A stretch of 64,000 bases of DNA. It comes from a virus (Duplodnaviria; Caudoviricetes). The stretch covers positions 64,001-128,000 of the IMG/VR virus record IMGVR_UViG_3300045596_000094; one strand, given 5' to 3'. A program made the position numbers and the translations under genes. Positions 27,866-38,004 of this stretch are shown here, one piece after another. The notes under the pieces are model-generated. The model worked only from the letters and a program-made list of their open reading frames with translations. It was not told the DNA's origin and ran no database searches. Within the stretch, counting starts at the first letter, position 1, and each line of letters opens with the position of its first letter.

Positions 27866-30412
27866 CTATTTGATTGTAAAGGTAGTGATACCTACGTTAG
27901 AGAAAATAGTTTCATCGGTTATATTCGCACCAGCCTCAATAAGCTTGATTGCGGTTACCCCTATGGTAGAAGACTCGTCTTCAACAATTTTCGGTGGCGG
28001 TAAGAATATAAGTTTACTACCTAGTTGGGTATTAAGGTTAATTGATTCATCTGTGGAGACTGGGTAGATTTGTGTGGTCGCATCACCTTCCACGTGTTCA
28101 GGATAAACAACTGTTGAATCACCGAATACCTTCACTCGCTCGTCAATAACAATGTCGGGGATAATTGCATCAATGATTGTCCACAGTGGTAATTTAACAT
28201 GATGAGTCATTGACTCTTTCCCTGTTTGCACAGAAATCGATGTATCAATGGTATCTTTCATCTTCACGTATTCTTTTACCATCACATCCCCTAAAGGATG
28301 CATGGTGTTCAACCAGATAACACCATCTCGAACTTTCCAACTCGCATCTACCGCTGTCACTATCGGGAGCATAACGTTCATTGACGATTTCAGTTTTGCT
28401 TTAAGATTTGTCAAACGTAATGTTGACAGACCTAACATAAATGAATCGACAGCAGCAACATCTTGAATAATCTGAACGGTATAGCTGCAGAAATGTTTCA
28501 GTATGGAAAGTACTGCGTTCTGCTTATCTCTAAGTTTCTGGGAAGCTAAGAGATCCATACCGGTTGCTGCCTCAACCAACGCTAAACCTAACGTAACGTA
28601 GTCTTGGCGGGAGAACCCATCGAGATCCAAACCATGTAGAATGAGCCAGTCTTTGTAATAAGTTTTCTTTTCAGATAACTTACAAGGTACCCAATTCCAG
28701 TACTGATGGTACGAAACCCATTCCCCCATTGCTCGACCATCCATATCCTCAATAGCCGCGTAGGTCATGTACCTTCGCATAGCCTCAGCATGCTGGCGCT
28801 GAATCTCATTACCTAATGAGAGCGCTGAGGTATGTGTGAATGTAGGAATATAGTTACCCATAATGTCCAGAATCTCAGCTTCTGTGATCTTCTTCGCATT
28901 AGTACCATATTTCATATCCGCCAGAGTAGCCTTATCGAGTAAACTTGGATCTGGTTTCCAGCCATCCACTCGAGGAATCCACATAGCGTGAATATCTGGA
29001 ATAGTTTCTAGATCGTATTGTGCCCATCCCATATTTAAACAGTATAAAGAAAGAATATACGCATTTAAAGGAGTGAGTTGTAAACGATCTGATGTGATGG
29101 GGTGTGTGACAATCACAGAGCCTTTGAAAAACCCATGACTCGCTGTAAATGCCCAAAGAGAAAGACCGATATCTTCCATTGTCACTGCGATATTGTTGGC
29201 ATCATCAATAACAGAAGACTCTAGTACTTTGGTATTAACATTATCATACATCGAGTACCTAGAACTATTTGCGATCCGGGTTACTTGTCCCTCTTGATCA
29301 TAGTAGTTTTCAGTAGCGAGCGGTATTTCTTTCTTTACGATTTCAGCGATAGTGCGATAATCAACCCCAGCCCCACGCTGTGTTGGGTTAAGAGCTTCCC
29401 TAAGCATAAATGGGTTTGCTGATACTAACTCACCATCATCCATCTCGGAAATATCGTGCCTTAATCGATGTCCTGAAATAGGGATGTTCGATGGTGTGAG
29501 TATGTTCTCAATAATCGCTTGAAAAGTCATGTCTTTTCCGCGGTTAGCGTCTAACCAGCGCAAATTACGATAAAGCCACAGTTGTTCTTTCTTTTTCAGA
29601 TGCTCGACAACCCAGCCAAGTTGCCCCAATGAATCTAAGAACTCACGAATATGGAATGAATGCGTAAACCCACGGAAGTCATGAGCATTCTCTAAACGGA
29701 TCGCAGATAGCGTTCCGGGAATTGACATATATAGTAGGCTTAATAGTGTTGCGTAGAAAAGATTATGCGTTGTTTGGTAGTTTACGTTAGTGTAGCGACC
29801 GATAAATGCATTTATATGTTCCTGCAGTACATGAATCAAGTTTTCTTCATTTGTTTCGATTAAGAAATTTTCAGAAATCGGACCATAATCCTGTCGGATC
29901 ATATGGTGGATTCCTTGCGGTAATAAGGTCTTTAAATAACCACCGCAATATAAAATCTCACCATCGTAAGCAGGGCATGCAACTGCTGGTGGAATGGGGT
30001 TAAGAACCCCTTTAATAAGATCTTCAAATTCAGGATATCTGGAAACTAGACCGTTGTAATATTGGGTATTAAAACGATACTCGTTTGCAATGGCTAAATC
30101 TGAATTGATCCCCTGCATGATGGTTTTGTTGAAATCGACTTCAACCGGCTGATTATCACCAGCAACTTTAATACGGATATGGTCAAATTCACCATTAGAT
30201 AATTCTAATAACTTATCGTGGTCAGCTTGATGATATTCGCCATTTAAATTTAAATAGTATTTCCAAGTCTCTGGACGGTTTTCATCTACCATGTAACCGC
30301 GAGATATTAGGTCGGCATTGATAGCCTGTGCAACCAACTGAAGTTTAATCACCATCGTTTTTGTAAGTACGAGGGATTTACTTTGGTAAATGCGATGTAA
30401 TGTTGCGGACAT
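27866..30412 (-). CDS. Conserved phiKZ-like virion structural (baseplate-type) protein, gp128-like
   Basis: Motifs TWKYYLNLNGEYH..D, YPE.E.LI.G.L.P, HSFHIREFL.S, LWLYRNL.W...N.GK..TF, TKVLES; divergent from the portal gene as in phiKZ relatives. Confidence 0.75.
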   Translation of the reverse strand: MSATLHRIYQSKSLVLTKTMVIKLQLVAQAINADLISRGYMVDENRPETWKYYLNLNGEYHQADHDKLLELSNGEFDHIRIKVAGDNQPVEVDFNKTIMQGINSDLAIANEYRFNTQYYNGLVSRYPEFEDLIKGVLNPIPPAVACPAYDGEILYCGGYLKTLLPQGIHHMIRQDYGPISENFLIETNEENLIHVLQEHINAFIGRYTNVNYQTTHNLFYATLLSLLYMSIPGTLSAIRLENAHDFRGFTHSFHIREFLDSLGQLGWVVEHLKKKEQLWLYRNLRWLDANRGKDMTFQAIIENILTPSNIPISGHRLRHDISEMDDGELVSANPFMLREALNPTQRGAGVDYRTIAEIVKKEIPLATENYYDQEGQVTRIANSSRYSMYDNVNTKVLESSVIDDANNIAVTMEDIGLSLWAFTASHGFFKGSVIVTHPITSDRLQLTPLNAYILSLYCLNMGWAQYDLETIPDIHAMWIPRVDGWKPDPSLLDKATLADMKYGTNAKKITEAEILDIMGNYIPTFTHTSALSLGNEIQRQHAEAMRRYMTYAAIEDMDGRAMGEWVSYHQYWNWVPCKLSEKKTYYKDWLILHGLDLDGFSRQDYVTLGLALVEAATGMDLLASQKLRDKQNAVLSILKHFCSYTVQIIQDVAAVDSFMLGLSTLRLTNLKAKLKSSMNVMLPIVTAVDASWKVRDGVIWLNTMHPLGDVMVKEYVKMKDTIDTSISVQTGKESMTHHVKLPLWTIIDAIIPDIVIDERVKVFGDSTVVYPEHVEGDATTQIYPVSTDESINLNTQLGSKLIFLPPPKIVEDESSTIGVTAIKLIEAGANITDETIFSNVGITTFTIK

Positions 30413-30455
30413 ACCAGTACCTCAAAATAGTTTTAAAATATACGGAGTAGTTTCA

Positions 30456-33296
30456 ATGAGTAGTTCTCGGAACAGTATTAATCCACAGCTGCGTAAGGCT
30501 TTTACTACTAGCACAGCAGCTAGTGTTTACCGTAAACAAAACTACGCCGCTTATGATAACGTCGCTTCTAAAATGGTTCGTGGAGAAGTTACTCCCCTAG
30601 CCATTGAAGATAACGATATTCAATTAAATAGTGCGCAAGATCCTTTCTTGAAAGGTGCATTGTCTCGTTCATTAGAACGCATACGCGATAACAATAATAT
30701 TCTTCAATTATTACCCGATATCAGTCTTGCGATCGAAATCATTATTGGGGGTGTTTTATCCCCTAAAGATCTCATGACCACGACCCTCACCTTTAAATGT
30801 AACGATGGGGCTTTTAATGATAAATTAGCTGTTCGACTATTAAGTGTTGTGGACAACTACTTTGTCTCGTCATATAAATTGATCGATGAGCTCCCTAAAA
30901 TGCTGCGTGACATCATTGCAAAAACGGGTTCTTATCCGATTGCGGTGTTGCCTGAAACATCGGTTGACTATATCATTAATAGTAACTCTCGCGTCACCTT
31001 AGAATCCATTAAAATGGGGGTGGGTGACAATGGTAAACTTAAACCATTGGGTTTTATTGCAAATGCTAGAAAAGCCAACACCGCTATGGAAGAAGTTTCT
31101 TTATTTGATTTGTTAGAAAATCGTCCAGGCAATGGGGCAAACATTCCATTTGATTCCGACTTGACGCAGTTAAAGATGGAAGATGGCACAAAGATATCTG
31201 CTGGCGTAAGTATTACAGATAATTTCGATGCCCTCAAATTACCTACCTTGCAGCGTCGTGTCTCTTCACAATACCAACAGGCTGAAATCGAAAGACGTCG
31301 AGAAACGATTAAGAAGTATGCCCCTGGTCAAACGCTTCGGTATTCGAACGAATCCATGACCGCGGTTGATGCTTCGGAATCAAATGAAGCTGTTTCGCTT
31401 AATTCCTCAGATGTTCAACGTAGTCAAAAAGAAAAAGATGTTCTGAATAAGCTGTACCCTGATCGCCAGTTTAGTAGTCTACCGATCATGCGTGTAAAAC
31501 CAAAGTCGGCGTTATCTAAGCCTACCTTTGGTCATCCGCTTGCAATGAAGATTCCTACGGAAGCAGTAGTGCCTGTTTATTCACCGACAGACCCGTCTGA
31601 TCATCTAGGGTATCTTGTAGCGCTAGATGCGACCGGAAACCCATTGCGTTTATCTGACTACGAAAGTATTTATCGCTCTTTGTCTGCTTCATCTAATACT
31701 TCCTCATCAAGTGTAACTTCATGGATGATTCAACAATCGGCGAACAACACTTCACCATCATTCCAGCAAGGGAATTTAGGTTATACTTCTTCGGCTCTAG
31801 CTCAAGCAGTACCAATCTACCAACAGTTCCTAGAAAGTGATATTCTTGATCGTTTAACCCGTGGTGTGTTGGGTTCTGGCATTTCTATTGGGAAGAATGA
31901 TGAGTTGTATCGTTTGATGTTAGCACGTGCGTGTGCTGGACGTAACACTCAAATGCTTTACTTACCAGCATCATTGATGGCGTATATGGCAATTGATTGG
32001 GATGAGTTTGGTTTGGGTAAAACCATGCTAGACGATTCTAAAACATTAGCGGCATTGCGCTCTTTCAATCTGTTTGTTAACTCAATGGCTGCGACTAAGA
32101 ACGCTATCACTAAACGTGTTTTAAACGTACAGCTCGACCCTGCTGAGAAGAACCCTCAAAAGGCATTAGAGGTTATCATGCACGAGTTTGCTCGTGGCAC
32201 ACAACATGAATATCCTTTAACCAATAACCCAGTTGATCAGATTAACTATCTCCAAATGGCAGGGGTTCAACTACAGGTTCAAGATCATCCGCGTTTACCG
32301 AATACGACAGTTGGTGTGGATTACATCGATAACATGTATAAACCTATCGATACTGCTTTTGACGATTACTTGAAGAAGATGCATACCATGTCTTTAGGGT
32401 TATCGCCAGAGGTTGTGGATGGTGCTGGATCTGCGGATTTTGCAACACAAACGATCTACGCTAACGTCATGACTCAACGTCGTATCAAAATGATCTCTGA
32501 GGCTTTCTCCAGAGCAATTACTGGTTTTGTTAAGTTATATACCTATAACTCTCAAATCCTCATGGACGAGCTTACAAACGTCGTTAAAGACACTGGTATG
32601 AAGTTCAAAGATCAACTTGGTGAAATGATGAGTGATGAAGATGTTGCTGTGAAGTTCTTGGATAACTTGGAAGTAACATTACCGTTACCAGACACCACTT
32701 CAGTGAAAGAGCAGAAAGAACAATACGACGAAATTGTAGATTTCTACGACAAGGCGATCGATCAGTTCTTCACTGAGGACTTCCTAACTCAAGAAGATCT
32801 CGGAATCATTGGTGCGGACAATATCGATAAGACCAAAGCCTTTATTAAAGCGCACTTTGTTCGTAAGTGGATGCGTGAAAATGGTATCCGTACAGAGTTG
32901 TTCGATCTCCTGATTCGTGATGAAGAAGGTAAACCGATGATCGATATTCTTCAAGAGAAAGAGAACTACATGGATATCATTGGTGATTCTATCTTGACTA
33001 TGTTCGCTCAACGTAAACGCCGAGTAAACAAATTGGATAAGAAAGCCGATAAGATCAATGAAAAGTTTCCAACTGAAGACGCCGGTATGGGTGATGATAA
33101 TTACGGTGGCGGGAACGACACCTATAATGACTACAGTTTCGATGGAGGCGATGGCGGGGATGAGATTCCTGAACCTGAACCAATAGAAGAAACTGTGGAA
33201 AACAACTCTGAAGAAACTAACGCCGAAAGCGAAACGACTGAAGAGACTTCGCCGGAAAAGACGGATGGTGAAGAATCTACCGATGGTGAAAAATAA
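30456..33296 (+). CDS. Portal protein (phiKZ gp129-like)
   Basis: Track ORF from 30390; start moved to ATG 30456 with GGAG SD. Motifs ILQLLPD...A.EI....VLSPKD, GSYPIAVLPE, GHPL..KIP.EAV.PV, RLML.RA, acidic C-tail. Confidence 0.8.
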   Translation: MSSSRNSINPQLRKAFTTSTAASVYRKQNYAAYDNVASKMVRGEVTPLAIEDNDIQLNSAQDPFLKGALSRSLERIRDNNNILQLLPDISLAIEIIIGGVLSPKDLMTTTLTFKCNDGAFNDKLAVRLLSVVDNYFVSSYKLIDELPKMLRDIIAKTGSYPIAVLPETSVDYIINSNSRVTLESIKMGVGDNGKLKPLGFIANARKANTAMEEVSLFDLLENRPGNGANIPFDSDLTQLKMEDGTKISAGVSITDNFDALKLPTLQRRVSSQYQQAEIERRRETIKKYAPGQTLRYSNESMTAVDASESNEAVSLNSSDVQRSQKEKDVLNKLYPDRQFSSLPIMRVKPKSALSKPTFGHPLAMKIPTEAVVPVYSPTDPSDHLGYLVALDATGNPLRLSDYESIYRSLSASSNTSSSSVTSWMIQQSANNTSPSFQQGNLGYTSSALAQAVPIYQQFLESDILDRLTRGVLGSGISIGKNDELYRLMLARACAGRNTQMLYLPASLMAYMAIDWDEFGLGKTMLDDSKTLAALRSFNLFVNSMAATKNAITKRVLNVQLDPAEKNPQKALEVIMHEFARGTQHEYPLTNNPVDQINYLQMAGVQLQVQDHPRLPNTTVGVDYIDNMYKPIDTAFDDYLKKMHTMSLGLSPEVVDGAGSADFATQTIYANVMTQRRIKMISEAFSRAITGFVKLYTYNSQILMDELTNVVKDTGMKFKDQLGEMMSDEDVAVKFLDNLEVTLPLPDTTSVKEQKEQYDEIVDFYDKAIDQFFTEDFLTQEDLGIIGADNIDKTKAFIKAHFVRKWMRENGIRTELFDLLIRDEEGKPMIDILQEKENYMDIIGDSILTMFAQRKRRVNKLDKKADKINEKFPTEDAGMGDDNYGGGNDTYNDYSFDGGDGGDEIPEPEPIEETVENNSEETNAESETTEETSPEKTDGEESTDGEK

Positions 33297-33310
33297 AACA
33301 TAAGTCACAG

Positions 33311-33340
33311 ATTAGAGAGTCCCCTAGGGGACTCTCTAAT
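33311..33340. terminator. Perfect 30-bp palindrome (CCCTAGGG family), probable bidirectional terminator
   Basis: ATTAGAGAGTCCCCTAGGGGACTCTCTAAT between convergent genes. Confidence 0.8.
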
Positions 33341-33347
33341 TATGCTG

Positions 33348-33911
33348 TCATTTTGAATTAAAAGCAATTCTTCGCATGGTGGTTAAAAGCACGAAACCCT
33401 TATCGGTACTCATATTCGCATTATGATCTATTGCTAAATTTAATAGTTCTGCAATATGTACAATGTTTCCATACACATTCATTTTGATGTTATCTTCAAA
33501 GATGATCTGGTAGCAGTCCTCATAGACCACTTCACATTGGTAAGGTGCTTTTGAAATACTCAGGATTGGCAATTTGCGAATGCGCCGGATATCGTAGCAA
33601 TCAAAATTGGAAGCACGTAGGGGCTGTCCTTTTAAATAATCCGGTAAGTTCTTTACGTGGTTCTTCGGTTGCTGATCGAATGGCAGTTCGATAGAGGTTA
33701 GATCAATCATTTCAGGATTGTCTAATTCCAAGGCTTCAATTAAGAGGGCTAGCTTAGCCTGGTGATGGTTAATGATGTCTTGTTCACGCTTAATATTGTA
33801 AATTAGTAAATCTTTGGTCACGACGGGTGTTCTCCAGTTATTCACATATTGATGGGGAAAATAAAAAATAAAACATAAAGCAATAGCGACTAGAGCCAAC
33901 GCTCTAGCCAC
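33348..33911 (-). CDS. Hypothetical protein with N-terminal signal/TM segment
   Basis: ALALVAIALCFIFYF; GTG start. Confidence 0.65.
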   Translation of the reverse strand: MARALALVAIALCFIFYFPHQYVNNWRTPVVTKDLLIYNIKREQDIINHHQAKLALLIEALELDNPEMIDLTSIELPFDQQPKNHVKNLPDYLKGQPLRASNFDCYDIRRIRKLPILSISKAPYQCEVVYEDCYQIIFEDNIKMNVYGNIVHIAELLNLAIDHNANMSTDKGFVLLTTMRRIAFNSK

Positions 33912-33933
33912 TATTTAAATAAACTGTCATTGA

Positions 33934-34470
33934 TCACCCAATCGTATTGGATAAATCAGGAATCTTTCCAGTAAGCGTAAAGTCATGTATCATTGACACG
34001 AAACTTATATCGTTCAGATCTTCAAATCTTTCATCATCAATTGAGATTCTTACCGCTTCTCTATAACGCCGGTATATTTCGCCCAATCTACCCTGGGTCT
34101 CTTGGGTGTGCGCCTCACTAAATCGTATTGATCTGATCAAGTCGATTTTCATTGGATATCGATTATAGTTCGCCAGTTCCGAATCGAATACCTTCTGATC
34201 AACGATTAAAACAACATTGCCAGTGTGTCTTGTTCCAACCATTATCAAAGCGTTAAAACCCAACAACCTGAGTTCTTTGATTTGAAATACCATACCCACC
34301 TTTAGAGTCTTCGCCAGTTGAGCTCTGGGTAGGATACGTTTGATGAAGTTAAGTAATTCTTCCTTATTGTTTCCGAAAGACTTGGGACTGTGATGCAAGT
34401 CCAAATCGCTGAGGCTATAACTCTTAACTGCTAAAAGCAGATTCCCGATTTGTTGATTTTCGTGACGCAT
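33934..34470 (-). CDS. Hypothetical protein (178 aa)
   Basis: ORF with GGGAG SD. Confidence 0.75.
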   Translation of the reverse strand: MRHENQQIGNLLLAVKSYSLSDLDLHHSPKSFGNNKEELLNFIKRILPRAQLAKTLKVGMVFQIKELRLLGFNALIMVGTRHTGNVVLIVDQKVFDSELANYNRYPMKIDLIRSIRFSEAHTQETQGRLGEIYRRYREAVRISIDDERFEDLNDISFVSMIHDFTLTGKIPDLSNTIG

Positions 34471-34509
34471 GATCGACTCCCACCAATTAGCAGAAGTCGA
34501 TCCTTTCTA

Positions 34510-37200
34510 TTAGCCGCGAGCTAAGTAGATCGATTCGTCTTCAGTCAACACTGGTTTGAAGAATTCAATTAATTGATGATCTTCAGTAAGGATTGCGAAT
34601 TTGTAAACACCTTCCGCAATTCGTTTGCTGAGGATTCCTGAAAGAACTTCATACAATTTAGGAAGGGTGTCTTTTGTGATACGACCGTAATCACCTTTGA
34701 ATGATAAAGGATAGTCAGCGTAAGCCAATGGTAGTAGAGTTACGTTCGTTACGTCAGCAAAGATCGCACTGTTGTTACCTTCAGATAAACCAGTTTCGTC
34801 TTCAACATTAGCTAAACGACGCTTCAATGCTGCTGCCGTATAAGTGGCAAATACTACCTTAGCTGATTGTGCGTAGATCAGATATAACTTCTTAGTTACA
34901 TCTTCAAACCCTTCTTCATTCATTACAGTAGCGAGTTCTTCCAAGTCAAGCGTTGCTGAATCAACGGTGTATTCTGGACTGAAAGTAACAGCGATACCGC
35001 GGTTTACTTCTTTTGTCATTGCTTTTGCAATGCGGTGGATTTCTCGAGCTGGGAGGTTACATGCATCAAAGAAGTCTTCGATACGCTCAGCAATAGTTGT
35101 GGCGGTTTTAGCACGGATAATTGCTTGAGCTGACTCTAAAGTTTCATCCAGTAAGATATACTTGCCAGGATTGAATGCATTGAAGTTAATCGATGCATCG
35201 AGGTTGATGTGTTCGATATGTTCCCCGAGTGCCATTGTTAGTTCTGCTTGCGCACAAGCAGCCCATTCATCAACACCACTAGAGATAACAAGATTATCCA
35301 TGACATACATCGGACCATCTACTAACACTTCACTAATTTCTTCTTCCTTCTCAAGTTTATCTTTGATCACTTTAAGGAAGTGTTTTTCATTTTCCTGCAC
35401 TAAAGCTTTAGTCAAAACTTCAGCAGCATGTTTTGGATTGCCTGGACGACCATCCAACGCTACAGATGTAGCCCCTGCTAAAATTTCAGTTTCATGAATT
35501 GCGTAATCCACGTCAGATGTCTCCATGACGATGCGACCACCGCCTAATGATTTAAGTAGTACAGGGCGTTGACGTCCTGCGATGTAAACTGGGGCAATGC
35601 CGCCAACAAGTTCTTTAACACGATCTTCAAGAACCATGTTAGAAATATCAGTTCTTTCTTCTGGAGCCATTTCAGGCATCTTAGGAGTTGTCTTCATTGT
35701 AACACCACCATTGTCTGAGAATTTACGACCAGTGGCTAATTCCATTAAACTTAAACCAGCACAACCAGGGAACATATCTTCAAGATCCGCTTGTTCTTGC
35801 GCTGCTAAATTAGGATTAGCTTTCAATACTGCATCCGTATAATGAACAGCTGTGAAGCTATCTTCTACGTGATCGAATGGGTCGTTATGTAAGTTACTGC
35901 TCGCTGGTCCGTGAGATATTACACCTGCACGTGCTAAATCTTCACGATCTAAACCAGTTGTTGGATCTAAGTGTAACGAGTTAAGTTGGCTTTCTAAACG
36001 CATATCGCCAAATGTTTCACGGAACATTTCATCGGCAGCATTGTCTTCAGGATCACCACTATCGGGGATATAACGTGATGGAGCTGGTTCAGGCATGGGT
36101 GTATTCACGTATTGTGGTTTCTTAAACGTGATATCAACCTCACCCACTCCTTCAACTTCTTGCTTCATTGTACCGTAAAGTGGTACAGCACCCGCATATG
36201 GGTTAACATATTGTTGAGCTGTTGGATTAGCTGCTACTGGAGCCTCCATACGAGTCACAGTAGTTTTAGGCATTGGAGATCCACCACCGGCATTTACTTG
36301 CGGGTTTGCGGGCTGTTTATAGAACGGCGGTTGTTCTTGCTGTGTTGTTGTGGTGGTAGCTGTGCGATCTATTCCGTTTAGTTTATCAAGACGTAACTGC
36401 TCTTGATATTCTTCCCAGTTTAGTGCGCGCGGTGGTTCTTTACCTTCCTGAACACATTCCATCGCAATACGGCGAGCTTCTGCTTCTAACTCGTAAATAT
36501 CCGGTTCTGCTTTATTCCCATATTGAGAACTAGCTACCTGATTACCGTAAATGGGTTGGTCTTGCGCCTGAGGAGCATTGGTTGCTGGTTGTTTGTAAAA
36601 CCCACTCGCTGCAGTTGGCATACTTGGCTGACCGCCACCCAAAGAAGCACCAACTTGAGACTGACTAAATTGATTCGCCTGCCCATATACGTTTTGTTGC
36701 TGTGGTTGTCCTTGAACTTCTGACATCAGGCGCATCCAGTCGTTATAGCCCTGATCCATTTGTTGTAGGAACTGAGGATTGTGGTATGTGCGGAAAGAAG
36801 GGTTTCTTTGAGCAGCTTCACCAATCAAGAACCAATGTGCCAAAGCAACGACTTGCTGAAGACCATAATCGAGTGACCAACGACCCGCAGTAACCGCCTT
36901 CAATAGGAACACCGCACCAATCGAAGCTAGTGCAATTACATTCTGATTATTACCATTGTTTGTTAAAATGGTATTATTCGCAGTACGGACATAATCGCTT
37001 GAGGAGTTAAGCGAATTGGAAGCGTAAGTAACCAAGTTTTGAATAATTGTATTACGCAACATATCTACGGTTGGTAATTGTTGCTGATAGTGAGGTTGTT
37101 GGAAATGATTACCAGACTGGTTAATTGGCATGTTTGAATAACCACCAAACTGTTGTTGGTTTTGGTAATATCCATTATTTTGGAAGTTTTGTTGATACAT
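34510..37200 (-). CDS. Large conserved hypothetical protein with Q/N-rich disordered N-terminal half
   Basis: Track start 37221 overlaps a promoter motif; ATG 37200 (MYQQNF) has a GGAG SD. Position after the RNAP subunit matches phiKZ-like synteny. Confidence 0.8.
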   Translation of the reverse strand: MYQQNFQNNGYYQNQQQFGGYSNMPINQSGNHFQQPHYQQQLPTVDMLRNTIIQNLVTYASNSLNSSSDYVRTANNTILTNNGNNQNVIALASIGAVFLLKAVTAGRWSLDYGLQQVVALAHWFLIGEAAQRNPSFRTYHNPQFLQQMDQGYNDWMRLMSEVQGQPQQQNVYGQANQFSQSQVGASLGGGQPSMPTAASGFYKQPATNAPQAQDQPIYGNQVASSQYGNKAEPDIYELEAEARRIAMECVQEGKEPPRALNWEEYQEQLRLDKLNGIDRTATTTTTQQEQPPFYKQPANPQVNAGGGSPMPKTTVTRMEAPVAANPTAQQYVNPYAGAVPLYGTMKQEVEGVGEVDITFKKPQYVNTPMPEPAPSRYIPDSGDPEDNAADEMFRETFGDMRLESQLNSLHLDPTTGLDREDLARAGVISHGPASSNLHNDPFDHVEDSFTAVHYTDAVLKANPNLAAQEQADLEDMFPGCAGLSLMELATGRKFSDNGGVTMKTTPKMPEMAPEERTDISNMVLEDRVKELVGGIAPVYIAGRQRPVLLKSLGGGRIVMETSDVDYAIHETEILAGATSVALDGRPGNPKHAAEVLTKALVQENEKHFLKVIKDKLEKEEEISEVLVDGPMYVMDNLVISSGVDEWAACAQAELTMALGEHIEHINLDASINFNAFNPGKYILLDETLESAQAIIRAKTATTIAERIEDFFDACNLPAREIHRIAKAMTKEVNRGIAVTFSPEYTVDSATLDLEELATVMNEEGFEDVTKKLYLIYAQSAKVVFATYTAAALKRRLANVEDETGLSEGNNSAIFADVTNVTLLPLAYADYPLSFKGDYGRITKDTLPKLYEVLSGILSKRIAEGVYKFAILTEDHQLIEFFKPVLTEDESIYLARG

Positions 37201-37215
37201 GATTATCTCCGATGG

Positions 37216-37245
37216 ATTCACTACGATAGTGTAGATGTGAAATTA
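37216..37245 (-). promoter_or_regulatory. Early-type phage RNAP promoter motif, degenerate copy
   Basis: Plus ATTCActacgATAGTGTAgATGTGAAAtTA aligns ungapped to the 35-bp repeat. Confidence 0.6.
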
Positions 37246-37992
37246 AATGACATACTGGTTAGTAATGTACGCCGAAACAGATTCGATTGTACCGTCAGTA
37301 CCGCGTTGACGAAAAACGTTAAGTGCATTAGTTAACCCTTGTATGTTTTTCAGAAGAATGCTGTGTTTTTCAATACGGTAACGTTTGTTAGTGCCCTGGC
37401 TCTGAGTTTCGCCACCCATGAGATCATTAAGAAGCATGATTCCAGATTTTGGATGTTTTAAGATGATATCTGAAAGAATGGCGCTACCTTCTAAGTTAGA
37501 ACGACAAATGTCCAATAACGGTTCAACTGCATCGTGACGTAAACCGTTAATAACTAAGGTGTCAACATAGTTACCTAATACTAACGGTAACGTGAGTTCA
37601 TTCAATACCGAGACATTACTCAGGAGAATATTAGGGGTATGACAACTCCCTAAATCGGCGGCATCAATTACGACATCGTTTAATGTTAAACAACGTGCTG
37701 TGTTTGCACCAATCCCGAATAAAGCTTTCTCTTCAGCACGCAGTACAATATTGTTGAAAACAATACGGCGCGCTGATTGTGAAGCTGAAATACAACCTTT
37801 ACCTTTAAATGTAATACTTGAACCAGGAGCCCCATTAACCACCGTGGAACATACGGTTTTGAGTTGTTCTGTTAAAACAATATTACCGTCCAATGTGAAG
37901 TTGGCGTTTTCATTCAGCAGCCAACCGCCATGGACACCATGCTTGGCGACTTTCTTTAAATCGTCGATGTCTCGAACTACTATACTACTCAT
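37243..37992 (-). CDS. Hypothetical protein, possibly a right-handed beta-helix
   Basis: Periodic I/V/L-x-I/V/L-N/S/D strands (IVFNNIVL, LTLNDVVI, ILLSNVSV, LVINGL, ILSDII). Confidence 0.5.
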   Translation of the reverse strand: MSSIVVRDIDDLKKVAKHGVHGGWLLNENANFTLDGNIVLTEQLKTVCSTVVNGAPGSSITFKGKGCISASQSARRIVFNNIVLRAEEKALFGIGANTARCLTLNDVVIDAADLGSCHTPNILLSNVSVLNELTLPLVLGNYVDTLVINGLRHDAVEPLLDICRSNLEGSAILSDIILKHPKSGIMLLNDLMGGETQSQGTNKRYRIEKHSILLKNIQGLTNALNVFRQRGTDGTIESVSAYITNQYVI

Positions 37993-38004
37993 GAGGGGTA
38001 TACC

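Noticed and set aside
30390-30455. Overlap of portal ORF with the divergent gene as given in the ORF track
   Set aside because: A better start with GGAG SD at 30456 removes the overlap.
32784-33308. 174-aa Phe-rich minus-strand ORF
   Set aside because: Antisense to the Glu/Asp-rich portal C-terminus; composition is explained by GAA codons.
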